Shown here: piece after piece, positions 8,297-18,053 of the stretch
Position numbering within the stretch: the first letter of the stretch is position 1
Layout: each line of letters begins with the position of its first letter
IMG/VR virus record: IMGVR_UViG_3300017913_001518
Span: 1 to 47,681 of that record
DNA length: 47,681 nucleotides
Reading direction: 5' to 3' (one strand)
DNA from: a virus
Taxonomy: Duplodnaviria > Caudoviricetes
The notes under the pieces: generated by a model
Told to the model about the DNA's origin: nothing
What the model saw: only the letters and a program-made list of their open reading frames with translations
Database searches by the model: none
Program-made: the position numbers and the translations under genes

Positions 8297-11278
8297 ATGG
8301 CTGACATTATTACAATAGGAACAAATCCAAACGATGGTACAGGTGATGATTTACGCACCGCTTTTACCAAAGTAAACACAGAGTTTGCTAGACTTGCCGC
8401 TCAAGGCGGAGGGTCTACTACAGCAGAAAATGTTGGCTTAGGACAAGGTCTTTTCAAAGAAAAAGATGAAAACAAAATTCAACTGCGTGGAATCAGATCA
8501 GGCAACAGTGCATTAACTGTTGAAACTGTAAACGATGACATTGTGATTACAAATGTCAATCCAGACCAAAATGTGTTTACAGCAATTCAGGGCGATGCCG
8601 GTGATGATAGTATTACTGCAACAAGTTCAAACACAACATTTGGTATTAAAGGCGGAACGAACGTAACCACAACTATTAGTGGAACAGACATTACAATCGA
8701 TCTTGCTCCAGATATTTCATTAGATACTACTCCACAACTAGGCGGAAACTTAGATATAAATGGAAACAATATTACAGGCACTGGTGATATTTCTATTACA
8801 GGAGATTTAACAGTAAGCGGTGGGTTTGATGTAGGAACCATTACAGGTGATATCAAAGGTAGTGTGTTTGCAGACGATAGCACGGTAATTGTAGATGCTG
8901 TAAGTGGTACACTTTCAGGAGATTTAACAGGTGATGTAACTGGTAATGTTACTGGTAATGTAACAGGAAATTTAAGTGGCGGGTTCAATGGTGACATAAA
9001 TTTTAATACACATGCATTAACAAACACAACATCAGGTGTACTAGGAGACACAAATTTTGCAAGATTCAGATTAGCACTTGGTGATTCAGACGAAGATTTA
9101 CAGTTTCCTAATTTTACTAATGAAGAAACTCTAAACCCAGATGCAGGTTTAGTTTTCCGTATTAAAGACCAAGAATCATTAAACATTGAAGTGCAAGGTA
9201 GTGCAAACGATCAGGCTATTGTGCCTATTTCAATGTTGCATTACACATACTCAGGACAAGATGTAACAAATAATTATGAACAACTTATTTCGAGTGCCCA
9301 CGTTGACAAAGGATCATCAGATCAAAAGTTTTTAGGAGCGTTTGGTTACAGAGTAGACAACAACGAAAACAGTTTCATTGTTAGGGTAGTTCCTAATGGA
9401 CAGTTAATTGGTGAATCAAATGCAATTGGTAGCATTGGATTAGAAGTAAAACAAGACCAAAGTGTAATTTTAGATCAAACATTTAAGTTTAAAGATAATG
9501 AAATTTCAACATTAGATAGTAACCAACCTATTAAATTAAATCCTGCAGGCACAGGTACAGTAGACTTTTATGGTGCTTATCAGTTCCCAAGAGCATTAGG
9601 AAACGCAGGTCAAGTACTTAAAGTTCCTACTAGTGGTAATTTACTAGAATGGGGCACCGGCGGTGGCGCTGGTGGCGAGCCAGAAGCAATAAGTGGAGTT
9701 ACACGAGCCAATCCAGGTGTGGTTACAACAACAGATGCACATGGTTTAAGTGATGGACAAGCAGTTACAATTACTGATGTACTTGGCATGACAGAACTTA
9801 ACGGTAACGAGTACTATGCCGACGTTTTAACTTCGACAACTTTTGCACTATATTCAGACGACACACTAAGCACAACAGTTGATACTTCCGGCTTTACTAC
9901 ATATACATCAGGTGGTTTTGCAACAGGAGAAGCAAGTGGTAGTGGTGATGGTAGTTTTGTTGGATTGACAGACACACCTAGTTCATTTGCAGGCGGTGCA
10001 GGCGATGCTAATAAAATGGTTCAAGTTAATGCCGCAGGCGATGCATTAGAGTTCACTGCTATTGATAATATTGCTGATGCAACTTACATCGAAGGCAAAG
10101 GCTTTATGCCAAAGTCAGGCGGCACATTTACTGGAACAGTAACAGTTGATAATATTATTGCTACAAGTGCAAACGTTGACCTAGCAACAAGTGGCACACC
10201 TTTCAGAAGTGTACATGCACAAACATTCACAGGTAACTTAACAGGTGATGTTACTGGAGATGTAACAGGCGATGTTACTGGAAATTTAACTGGTAATGTT
10301 ACAGGCAATGTTACTGGTAACGTTACAGGTAATATCACAAGCACAGGAACTAGCACACTTAATGATGTAACACTAACAGGTGCGTTGACTGTAAGTGGCG
10401 GAAGCATTACTGCAAACGTATCAGGTAACGTCACAGGTAATGTCACAGGTAATGTAACAGGTAATATCACAGGTACACTTACAGGTAATGTAACTGCTAA
10501 CAGTGGAACAAGTGCATTTAACATTATAAACACTGCAAGTATGAGTGCAACTGGTAACGTCACTGCAAATACTTTTACAGGTAATTTAACAAGTGCAGGA
10601 ACAAGTGCATTTAACAACGTAACTGTCAGCGGCAATATTTCAAATACTAGCGGAAGTGTTTCAGTCAACGATAATTTAAGCGTTACTGGCACAACAACAC
10701 TAGAAGATGCTGTAACAATTAATGACAATTTAGATGTAAGCGGACAAACAGACTTAGGTGATATTCGTGTAACAGCAAATAATATTGAAACTTCTACATC
10801 AAATACAAATTTAAGAATTGCGGCAAACGGTACAGGTTTTGTTGAACTAGAAGGTGATATTAGAATTAATGGCCCAATGGCGTTTAGTGCTACAGATGAT
10901 GTAACAATTGGTAGCACAGGAAATACATTTGCACTTAGCACAAGTACAGCCGTAACATTTATTACCATTGCTGATTGGACTAGTGTAAGTGCTGGTATTG
11001 CAAACGCAAGTTTAGCCGCAGGGCATGAAGGACAAATTAAAACAATCAAGGTTGTTAGTAAAGGAAACTATTCATTAGATGGTGTTACATTCTTTGATAG
11101 ATTTTTACAGTTAACACTTACACTTAATGGTGCTTCTACAACATTTGATATTTCAAAAGATTATGATGTTGACGGTGCTACCATTGAAAACAACTACGGT
11201 GCTGTAACATTAATCTATCATACAGATAGTTGGTATGTCCTTAACGAATACGTTGTACCACCAAGCAGTGGATACTAA
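8297..11278 (+). CDS. Tail fibre/baseplate-associated structural protein
   Basis: N-terminal IGTNPNDGTGDDLRTAFTKVN motif; G(N/D)VT tetrapeptide repeats; ISGVTRANPGVVTT..HGL (FCCH-like beta domain). Confidence 0.75.
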   Translation: MADIITIGTNPNDGTGDDLRTAFTKVNTEFARLAAQGGGSTTAENVGLGQGLFKEKDENKIQLRGIRSGNSALTVETVNDDIVITNVNPDQNVFTAIQGDAGDDSITATSSNTTFGIKGGTNVTTTISGTDITIDLAPDISLDTTPQLGGNLDINGNNITGTGDISITGDLTVSGGFDVGTITGDIKGSVFADDSTVIVDAVSGTLSGDLTGDVTGNVTGNVTGNLSGGFNGDINFNTHALTNTTSGVLGDTNFARFRLALGDSDEDLQFPNFTNEETLNPDAGLVFRIKDQESLNIEVQGSANDQAIVPISMLHYTYSGQDVTNNYEQLISSAHVDKGSSDQKFLGAFGYRVDNNENSFIVRVVPNGQLIGESNAIGSIGLEVKQDQSVILDQTFKFKDNEISTLDSNQPIKLNPAGTGTVDFYGAYQFPRALGNAGQVLKVPTSGNLLEWGTGGGAGGEPEAISGVTRANPGVVTTTDAHGLSDGQAVTITDVLGMTELNGNEYYADVLTSTTFALYSDDTLSTTVDTSGFTTYTSGGFATGEASGSGDGSFVGLTDTPSSFAGGAGDANKMVQVNAAGDALEFTAIDNIADATYIEGKGFMPKSGGTFTGTVTVDNIIATSANVDLATSGTPFRSVHAQTFTGNLTGDVTGDVTGDVTGNLTGNVTGNVTGNVTGNITSTGTSTLNDVTLTGALTVSGGSITANVSGNVTGNVTGNVTGNITGTLTGNVTANSGTSAFNIINTASMSATGNVTANTFTGNLTSAGTSAFNNVTVSGNISNTSGSVSVNDNLSVTGTTTLEDAVTINDNLDVSGQTDLGDIRVTANNIETSTSNTNLRIAANGTGFVELEGDIRINGPMAFSATDDVTIGSTGNTFALSTSTAVTFITIADWTSVSAGIANASLAAGHEGQIKTIKVVSKGNYSLDGVTFFDRFLQLTLTLNGASTTFDISKDYDVDGATIENNYGAVTLIYHTDSWYVLNEYVVPPSSGY
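10229..10495 (+). repeat. Degenerate 12-nt tandem repeats encoding (TG[N/D][V/L/I])n
   Basis: Runs such as acaggtgatgtt actggagatgta acaggcgatgtt and ggtaacgtcaca ggtaatgtcaca; a shorter run near 8915-8975; boundaries approximate. Confidence 0.8.
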
Positions 11279-11294
11279 TCCTTGAGGAGTAAGC

Positions 11295-13544
11295 ATGGCC
11301 AAACCTAAATGGACAACAACTGCTGGTAGTCTTGGAACATTAGAAGAAAAAGTCAGCACTACCATTGATCTACAAGCAACAGGTGGCGATATTGTATTTT
11401 CGTTAATTGGTGGCGCTTTGCCGCCTGGCATGAGAATCAGTGGCGCACAAATTGTAGGTACACCATTTGAAGTTGCAAAAAATACAGCATATGAATTTGT
11501 AATCAGGGCCAAAAATGATGAAGGTGCAATAGACAGAACATTCAGTTTAATTGTACAAGGAAATGACGTTCCACTTTGGGTAACACCCGCAGGAGATCTT
11601 GATATTGGTCCTAACAGCGAATATTTCATTCTTAACAAAAGTCCAATTGATTACCAATTAGTTGCAACAGATACAGATACAAGAGCAGGCGGAACATTAG
11701 AATATTATCTAGATGATTTAAGTGGAGAACTACCTCCTGGTCTAGAGTTAACCAAAACAGGAAAAATACAAGGTATAATTGATTCTCCTTTGGTTTTAGA
11801 TTACAAAGCCGCGAGCAGTAACTATGATAGACAAGAATTTGATTTGTTTCCATATGACTTCGGAGGTGGTGATACAGGCGGGGCCACTCCAAGATACCTA
11901 AACAGATATTATGAATTTGAAATTACAGTAACTGACGGAGTATCAAAAGAAAAAAGAAAGTTTAGAATTTTTGTTGTAAATGAACAACAGTTCAGAGCAG
12001 ATACAACACAGTTATCAATTGACACGGAAACAATTATCGCAAGTGCTACATATCTAAGAGCACCAATTTTTACTACGCCTGCTAACTTAGGTACACGTAG
12101 AGCAAACAATTTTATTACTATTCCACTCGAAGTGTATGATCCAAATCAATATAGTGGTACAGTAACCTACAGCATAGTTCCATTAGAAGACAGCACAGCA
12201 AGCCAATTGCCTCCAGGGTTAGAAATTGACAGCACAAACGGAAACTTGTTTGGTAAGGTTCCTTATCAACCTGCTGTTACACAAACATTTAGATTTAGAA
12301 TTAAAGCAGTGAGGCAAGATCCGTTTAACGATGAAACGTCTGAAAACTTTAGAACTTTTAACATAAAAATTCAAGGTGAAGTAGATAGTACTATTACTTT
12401 CCAAACAGATGAACTAGTTGGAACGTTACTTCCAAACCAAAACAGCACATTAAGAATTAGTGCTACCACAACACTTAAAGGTGCCGACGTAAGATACACT
12501 AAAACATCCGGGAGTCTACCTGGAGGCTTAACACTTACCAGTGATGGAACAATTATTGGTAAAGTACAACAGGTCGCAGATGAAGGTGAATCAAATGGTT
12601 TAACAACTATCGATTTAGCAGATTATGGCCTAAACAGTTTTTTACTTGACGGCGGAACAACCTCGATTGACAAAGAATTTAGATTCACTGTCCAAGCAAG
12701 AGATTATTATCTACAAAGTGCCGTAACTAAAGATTTTAAAATTAGAGTTGACGCTGATACAACTACTCAGTTTAGTAATATCTATCTAAAGCCGTTGCTT
12801 AACAAAACCAGCAGAACAAGTTTTTACAACTTTATAACCAGTGATAATATTTTTCCTATAAAGTCAATTTACAGACCAAACGATCCTAGTTTTGGTATTC
12901 AGAAAGAAATGAAGATGTTGCTACAACATGGTATTGAAACAGTAGCAATAGAAAAATATGTACCCGGCTTGGTAACAAACTTTGCTAGAAAGAAATACAA
13001 ATTTGGTGATATCAAAAGTGCAGAAGCAAAAGAAAACAACAAAGTAATATATGAAGTTGTTTATCTTGAAATGTTTGATGATCTAGAGAACAGCGGGGGA
13101 ACAATCAAGGACAAGATTGATATTAGTAAGTATGGAAACAAGATTGATGCTTCACAAACAAAATTCAAGATCAGTGATAATTATATCACCATTGATCAAT
13201 TGGTAGAAAAGTTTGTATATCCTAATAGTACCACAATTATGAAGGAAAAACTACAGGCTATTTTACCAGAAAACGATAGTACTAGAATCTTAATTAACGA
13301 AGGATTTTTACCACTTTGGATGAGTAGTGTACAAACAGCAACAGGAAATGCACTGGGCTACACTAAAGCAGTCCCGATTGCGTTCGTTGAGCCGGGCTCT
13401 AGCATAAGTATTATTAAGAATATCAAAGAAAGCAATTTTGATTTCAAGACGCTGAATTTTGACATCGACCGCTTAACCATAGATAGTGTCGAAGGTCAAA
13501 AAGGCGATAAATACATTGCATTTCCAAAAAGGAAGGTAATATAA
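11295..13544 (+). CDS. Virion structural protein with tandem Ig-like repeats (baseplate-associated)
   Basis: Repeated P.W.T.AG.L and G.LPPGL.L...G.I.G motifs with F.F.I.A.D strands. Confidence 0.7.
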   Translation: MAKPKWTTTAGSLGTLEEKVSTTIDLQATGGDIVFSLIGGALPPGMRISGAQIVGTPFEVAKNTAYEFVIRAKNDEGAIDRTFSLIVQGNDVPLWVTPAGDLDIGPNSEYFILNKSPIDYQLVATDTDTRAGGTLEYYLDDLSGELPPGLELTKTGKIQGIIDSPLVLDYKAASSNYDRQEFDLFPYDFGGGDTGGATPRYLNRYYEFEITVTDGVSKEKRKFRIFVVNEQQFRADTTQLSIDTETIIASATYLRAPIFTTPANLGTRRANNFITIPLEVYDPNQYSGTVTYSIVPLEDSTASQLPPGLEIDSTNGNLFGKVPYQPAVTQTFRFRIKAVRQDPFNDETSENFRTFNIKIQGEVDSTITFQTDELVGTLLPNQNSTLRISATTTLKGADVRYTKTSGSLPGGLTLTSDGTIIGKVQQVADEGESNGLTTIDLADYGLNSFLLDGGTTSIDKEFRFTVQARDYYLQSAVTKDFKIRVDADTTTQFSNIYLKPLLNKTSRTSFYNFITSDNIFPIKSIYRPNDPSFGIQKEMKMLLQHGIETVAIEKYVPGLVTNFARKKYKFGDIKSAEAKENNKVIYEVVYLEMFDDLENSGGTIKDKIDISKYGNKIDASQTKFKISDNYITIDQLVEKFVYPNSTTIMKEKLQAILPENDSTRILINEGFLPLWMSSVQTATGNALGYTKAVPIAFVEPGSSISIIKNIKESNFDFKTLNFDIDRLTIDSVEGQKGDKYIAFPKRKVI
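13506..13513 (+). promoter_or_regulatory. Late promoter (GATAAATA)
   Basis: TAAATA core upstream of SD AGGAAGG and ATG 13546. Confidence 0.6.
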
Positions 13545-13545
13545 A

Positions 13546-14181
13546 ATGGCAAGTAATATTAATACAGCAAACATTGACGCGGATTATCCCGTAGCAGGTC
13601 AAGATAACGATTCGCAAGGTTTTAGAGATAACTTTACGAACATCAAAACTGGACTAGCAACAGCAAAAAGTGAAATCACTGCTTTGCAGAGTGAGTCACC
13701 TAAACTAAATGCAAACAATAACTTTAATGGTTACATTATTCAAAATGCAAACCTAAAAGATATTGCTTTCCAAAGCCCAAGTGCTTCATACACAACTGCT
13801 AATGATACAATCGACTACAGTGACGGACAGTATCAAAGAGTTATTATTGGACAAAGTGAAGCAACTGGTAAAGTTAATCTAGCATTTAGTAATTTTCCTG
13901 CTTCAGGTCAAATGGGCAAATTAAGATTACACATCACAGGTTCGTCAAGCATTATTGATGACGGTGATGACTTAGCATTTAACTTTACTATTCCATCAGG
14001 TAACGTATACAGAAATAGTGCAGACACATACTACGATGAGTCAAATACAAAGTATCTTATTGATGCTAGTGAAACAGATATCAAAAACAAAGTTTTGATG
14101 TTTGATGTTTGGGCTGTAGAAACAAGTGCAGGTGTTCCAACATCTTTGTTTGTTGAATTCGTAGGCAAATACGAGAAATAA
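13546..14181 (+). CDS. Putative virion structural protein
   Basis: MASNI...YPVAGQDNDSQGFRDNF N-terminus followed by a coiled segment; late promoter and structural context. Confidence 0.6.
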   Translation: MASNINTANIDADYPVAGQDNDSQGFRDNFTNIKTGLATAKSEITALQSESPKLNANNNFNGYIIQNANLKDIAFQSPSASYTTANDTIDYSDGQYQRVIIGQSEATGKVNLAFSNFPASGQMGKLRLHITGSSSIIDDGDDLAFNFTIPSGNVYRNSADTYYDESNTKYLIDASETDIKNKVLMFDVWAVETSAGVPTSLFVEFVGKYEK

Positions 14182-14184
14182 TAA

Positions 14185-14442
14185 ATGCACCCACTAGGTG
14201 AAGATGTAAGTCAATTAAATGACAGTCAGTTAGAGGACAAGTTAAGGCAACTTCAAAAGCGTCTTCTAACTGCATCACGTTTTCCTAATCAAGAACTTAC
14301 TCAGCAAATCAACATGTTGCTAACTATGTATAGAGAAGAACAAAGTAAACGTCAAAGAAAAGCCTTTAACGATCAACTTAAACAATCTCAAAAAGAAGTT
14401 AACACAGATTTGAAAGAGTTAGTAAATGTCGACAGAACATGA
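14185..14442 (+). CDS. Hypothetical coiled-coil protein
   Basis: Clean ORF tiling between neighbours; helical Gln/Leu-rich composition. Confidence 0.6.
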   Translation: MHPLGEDVSQLNDSQLEDKLRQLQKRLLTASRFPNQELTQQINMLLTMYREEQSKRQRKAFNDQLKQSQKEVNTDLKELVNVDRT

Positions 14443-15067
14443 TGACGCAGTAATAAATTATTTTCATTGGGAAACTACCTTTGATGCTACAGTATTAATT
14501 GACGATATTGTTTATCCAAACAATTATAATGTAAAAGTTTCCTTTATTCCTAAAACAAGTGATATCAAATTACAAAACAATAGTTTCGATAGGTTAAAAT
14601 ACCTGCTTAATAAGTTATGTGAAAACAGCGTAATTATTAGTCCAAAAAGTTCTTTACAATCTGTATTTTTCAAAATGCCGGTGAATAAAATATTACTTCC
14701 AGGCAATCCATATGATCAACTGCTTGGCATTTGCTTATTCCACAAAATTACAAGCATTGCAGGAAAATATATTCATTTTGATAATTTAATCATTGACAGT
14801 AAACTAGGTGATAGTGTACAATATACTGTAGATGAGAATAGTTATGAAAATTACAACCTGCCTAAAACAGACAATTGGATCAGTGATCTTATCAAAGAGC
14901 CATGGTGGTTCCGAAATGATACAGCAACATTTGACCAAGTTACTGGAGAAACTGAACATTGGACAGGTGCTCACACTTGGAGAGAATTAGGTTATGGATC
15001 AAATGCAGAACAAAAATCAACATTCAATCCAACAATCATCGACGGCGGTCGATCTAAACAGCAATAG
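14426..15067 (+). CDS. Hypothetical protein
   Basis: 213-aa ORF overlapping the upstream gene. Confidence 0.6.
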   Translation: MSTEHDDAVINYFHWETTFDATVLIDDIVYPNNYNVKVSFIPKTSDIKLQNNSFDRLKYLLNKLCENSVIISPKSSLQSVFFKMPVNKILLPGNPYDQLLGICLFHKITSIAGKYIHFDNLIIDSKLGDSVQYTVDENSYENYNLPKTDNWISDLIKEPWWFRNDTATFDQVTGETEHWTGAHTWRELGYGSNAEQKSTFNPTIIDGGRSKQQ

Positions 15068-15563
15068 TCAAGCAATTCTCAAAGAAAAGCAAATACTAGA
15101 ACTTATCTATCAGGATAAATGGCACAACATAGAAAACTGTATTATTGAAGGCAAGTTTGTAGAACAATACAATCAAAATGTGTTGCAGGCCAAAGATAAT
15201 CTTGAATTACTGCACAGTGGTAAACAACAGGACGATAGAGACGGCTTTGATCAGCAGAACAGAGCAAATTGGTTCATTCCACAAGAATACAAAGATATAG
15301 ATATTGAAAAACATATCTTAGATCTGTGTACAACTGCTGACGAAACACAACGGGTTGAATATGAATTACAATTATTCAAATCGTTTGCTATGTTAGATGT
15401 CCTAAGATGTTTAAAGTACATTGTAGACACTCTGCGTGAAAAAGATATTGTGTGGGGTGTTGGAAGAGGATCCAGTGTAGCCAGTTACGTACTATACTTA
15501 ATGGGTGTACACAAGGTAAATTCAATCCAATATAATTTAGACCCCACCGAGTTCCTGAGATAA
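14994..15563 (+). CDS. Stand-alone fragment of DNA polymerase III alpha (C-family); start uncertain
   Basis: RVEYEL...YIVD..R...IVWGVGRGSSVASYVLYLMGV..V....YNLD..EFL matches the DnaE GRGS region. Confidence 0.8.
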   Translation: MDQMQNKNQHSIQQSSTAVDLNSNSQAILKEKQILELIYQDKWHNIENCIIEGKFVEQYNQNVLQAKDNLELLHSGKQQDDRDGFDQQNRANWFIPQEYKDIDIEKHILDLCTTADETQRVEYELQLFKSFAMLDVLRCLKYIVDTLREKDIVWGVGRGSSVASYVLYLMGVHKVNSIQYNLDPTEFLR

Positions 15564-15566
15564 GTA
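15559..15566 (+). promoter_or_regulatory. Possible late promoter variant (GATAAGTA)
   Basis: One mismatch to the TAAATA core, upstream of SD AAGGAG and ATG 15588. Confidence 0.4.
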
Positions 15567-15587
15567 TGTACATTAAAGGAGAACATT

Positions 15588-16043
15588 ATGGGTAGAACAT
15601 ATAAAACTATGCAGGGCAGAACAATTGACATGGACGAACTCCGTGCAAAAAATGAACTGATGCCTGCTGTAGGAAACTACAAAGTAAACGCTCGTGGTGA
15701 TGAAATTGGCCCAGGTGGCAAAGTTGTTAGAACAAGAGAACAGATTATGAGTGAGTATTATGCTGATAATCCAAATGCTACTCCTGACCCACAAGCCAAT
15801 AAACCAGAAGCGCCAGTTGCAGACACACCAAAACCAAGTGTACCTGCACCTGAAACATTAAAGGTTGAAGACACACCTGTACAAGAAGTTATTGAAGAAA
15901 CAGAACCTGAAGTTAAGAAAGAACCTACTATGCAAAATGAAACACTTGCAAAGGTAGAAGAAAAGGCAGTTGAAGGTGCTGTGGAAGCAGTAAAACGTGC
16001 TAGACAACGTAGAGGTGGAATCAAGGACGCTACAGGAGAATAG
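15588..16043 (+). CDS. Hypothetical protein with Pro/Glu-rich C-terminal linker
   Basis: Strong SD; globular-looking N-terminal ~60 aa (VGNYKVNARGDEIGPGG). Confidence 0.7.
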   Translation: MGRTYKTMQGRTIDMDELRAKNELMPAVGNYKVNARGDEIGPGGKVVRTREQIMSEYYADNPNATPDPQANKPEAPVADTPKPSVPAPETLKVEDTPVQEVIEETEPEVKKEPTMQNETLAKVEEKAVEGAVEAVKRARQRRGGIKDATGE

Positions 16044-16044
16044 A

Positions 16045-16548
16045 ATGTCAATACAAACAACTTATGCACCAAGCACAGGTTCTTTAAACACATATCATGG
16101 CAACCTTAAAGCAAAAGGTGAAGATATTCTTGTAACAAACATGTACTTCGGCGAAGAAAAAACAGCCGGTGGTATTATTGTTGCAAATGATGATGGCATT
16201 GAACGTGGCATCAAACCACGCTGGTGTCAGGTATATAGTATCGGTCCTTACAGCAAATTAAAGGACGATATTAATATCGGTGATTGGATCATGCTAGAAC
16301 ATGGTCGTTGGAGTAGAGCAGTAATGATCGAAGACAATGACGGTGTTGAATGGGCAATACGTAAAGCAGACATCAATGCAATTCTTATTGTATCAGAAGA
16401 TGAGCCTAAAGAAGTAAGTGAATGGGTAGGCTTACAAGAAGATAAAACTAAGATTTTAAAAGATGCATTAGAAGAAAGGCAAAAGCCAGACCCTAATGCA
16501 AGACCAGATGGTCGACGTATTATGAACGGCAGACGCAAGGGAGAATAA
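16045..16548 (+). CDS. GroES-like co-chaperonin (start re-assigned to 16045)
   Basis: EEKTAGGIIV mobile-loop-like motif, V.SIGP, I.IGDWI; SD AGGAG before ATG 16045. Confidence 0.65.
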   Translation: MSIQTTYAPSTGSLNTYHGNLKAKGEDILVTNMYFGEEKTAGGIIVANDDGIERGIKPRWCQVYSIGPYSKLKDDINIGDWIMLEHGRWSRAVMIEDNDGVEWAIRKADINAILIVSEDEPKEVSEWVGLQEDKTKILKDALEERQKPDPNARPDGRRIMNGRRKGE

Positions 16549-16549
16549 G

Positions 16550-16951
16550 TTGAACGTTGATTTAAACAAATATAAAGAATTTGTTGAAAAAGTAACAAGT
16601 GAACAAAGTAACAATGTTGCACAAATGCATCATAGAATGGTTGAGATTAGCGAGAAAGTTAATCCTGCATTACTACTGACAGGTGCAATTGGTATTGCAT
16701 CAGAAGGAGGAGAATTCAGTGAAATTGTTAAAAAATGTATCTTCCAAGGTAAACCAATGGATGATGAAACTATCTTTCATTGCAAACGAGAACTTGGCGA
16801 TATTATGTGGTATTGGATTAATAGTTGCCGTGCATTGGGCCTCGATCCTAACGAGGTAGTTGCAGAAAACGTCAACAAACTTAAAGCACGTTACCCGGGT
16901 GGTGAGTTCGACGTACACTATTCTGAAAATAGACAGGACGGAGATCTGTAA
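16550..16951 (+). CDS. MazG-like nucleotide pyrophosphohydrolase
   Basis: GIASEGGEFSEIVKK and KRELGDIMWY..N..KL..RY motifs; TTG start with SD GGGAG. Confidence 0.85.
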   Translation: MNVDLNKYKEFVEKVTSEQSNNVAQMHHRMVEISEKVNPALLLTGAIGIASEGGEFSEIVKKCIFQGKPMDDETIFHCKRELGDIMWYWINSCRALGLDPNEVVAENVNKLKARYPGGEFDVHYSENRQDGDL

Positions 16952-16954
16952 TAC

Positions 16955-17728
16955 ATGAGAATTGTTGCAGGACCTTGCCAACACGAGACACTAGAAAAAA
17001 GTGGCGAAATTGCACAAGAGTGTAAAAGAGTTTGTGATAAGCATGGAATAGATTACTATTTCAAAGCAAGTTATGACAAGGCTAATCGCACTTCAGCATC
17101 TAGTAAAAGAGGTGTAGGTCTTGTCAACACCATGGAAGACTTTCTAGTTATAAAAAGAGAACTAGATGTAAAAACGCTTACAGACGTACACAATCAAAAC
17201 GAAATACTTAAAATTGCCGCATACTATAAAGAGGCTGTAGATGTGCTACAAATTCCTGCGTTCTTGTGTAGACAAACTGATCTTATCAAGGCGGCATGTA
17301 AAACAGGTAAAATTGTTAATATTAAAAAAGGACAATTCCTTGCACCATGGGACGTAAAAGGTATTCTTGGAAAAACTGAAGGTGCTAAAGAAGTTTGGAT
17401 CACAGAGAGAGGAACAAGTTTTGGCTACAATACACTTGTTGTTGACATTACCGGCTTGGATTATATGCTTAATAATTACGATGCTCCTATTGTACTTGAT
17501 GCCACCCACGGAGTACAGAAACCAGGTGGTCTTGGAGGCAGTAGCGGCGGCAATCGCGATTACGTGCCTGGCTTATGTAGGGCAGGCAGTGCTTTGGGTA
17601 TTTCAAATTTCTTTTTAGAAGTACATGCTGATCCTGATAATGCACCTAGCGATGGACCTAACATGCTCAATCTTAAAGACTTCGAACAGGTTGTAAATGA
17701 CATCGTCCGCTATCATCATCCCCGCTAG
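16955..17728 (+). CDS. kdsA: 3-deoxy-D-manno-octulosonate 8-phosphate (KDO8P) synthase
   Basis: AGPC, KASYDKANRTS, QIPAFLCRQTDL, NIKKGQFLAP, ERGTSFGY, DATH.VQ.PG and APSDG motifs. Confidence 0.93.
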   Translation: MRIVAGPCQHETLEKSGEIAQECKRVCDKHGIDYYFKASYDKANRTSASSKRGVGLVNTMEDFLVIKRELDVKTLTDVHNQNEILKIAAYYKEAVDVLQIPAFLCRQTDLIKAACKTGKIVNIKKGQFLAPWDVKGILGKTEGAKEVWITERGTSFGYNTLVVDITGLDYMLNNYDAPIVLDATHGVQKPGGLGGSSGGNRDYVPGLCRAGSALGISNFFLEVHADPDNAPSDGPNMLNLKDFEQVVNDIVRYHHPR

Positions 17729-17745
17729 AATGGCACAATAAAAAT

Positions 17746-17774
17746 TTGACTTAATACAATAATATGTGTAAAAT
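17746..17774 (+). promoter_or_regulatory. Sigma70-type promoter
   Basis: TTGACT-17 nt-TAAAAT, 6 nt before ATG 17781. Confidence 0.7.
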
Positions 17775-17780
17775 ACAACT

Positions 17781-18053
17781 ATGAATGATTTACACCCAAT
17801 TCCTGTAACAAATAGAGATGCTAACGACAACTACATAGATAGAATCTATGGAGGTATAAATGGCCAAATTAGATTAGTGCAATCTGATGGATCTCAATAC
17901 ACAGGACAGATTACCAAAAAAACAATTACTCTTAAGGATACACAAGGAGTAAATTTTAGAAGTTATGTATATGTAACCGAAGATGGTAGATGGTTTAATA
18001 GAGGCGGTTTACCAATTGATGAACCAAATACATTAAGTGGAGATGACGATTGA
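17781..18053 (+). CDS. Hypothetical protein
   Basis: 90-aa ORF directly after the sigma70 promoter. Confidence 0.6.
   Translation: MNDLHPIPVTNRDANDNYIDRIYGGINGQIRLVQSDGSQYTGQITKKTITLKDTQGVNFRSYVYVTEDGRWFNRGGLPIDEPNTLSGDDD

Noticed and set aside
10229-10495. Tandem repeats considered as a CRISPR array or DGR template
   Set aside because: They are degenerate at third codon positions, have no spacers and encode GNVT fibre repeats; no Cas or reverse transcriptase gene is in the window.
10084-11049. Long antisense ORFs (321 aa here; also 8587-9186, 6721-7212, 24061-24606 and others)
   Set aside because: They are shadows of biased codon usage and repeats on the coding strand, with no SD or promoter and no recognisable motifs.
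14185-14442. Resemblance to ribosomal protein L29 (L..L...EL...L..L pattern)
   Set aside because: A generic amphipathic helix pattern without other L29 hallmarks; it cannot be supported without a profile search.
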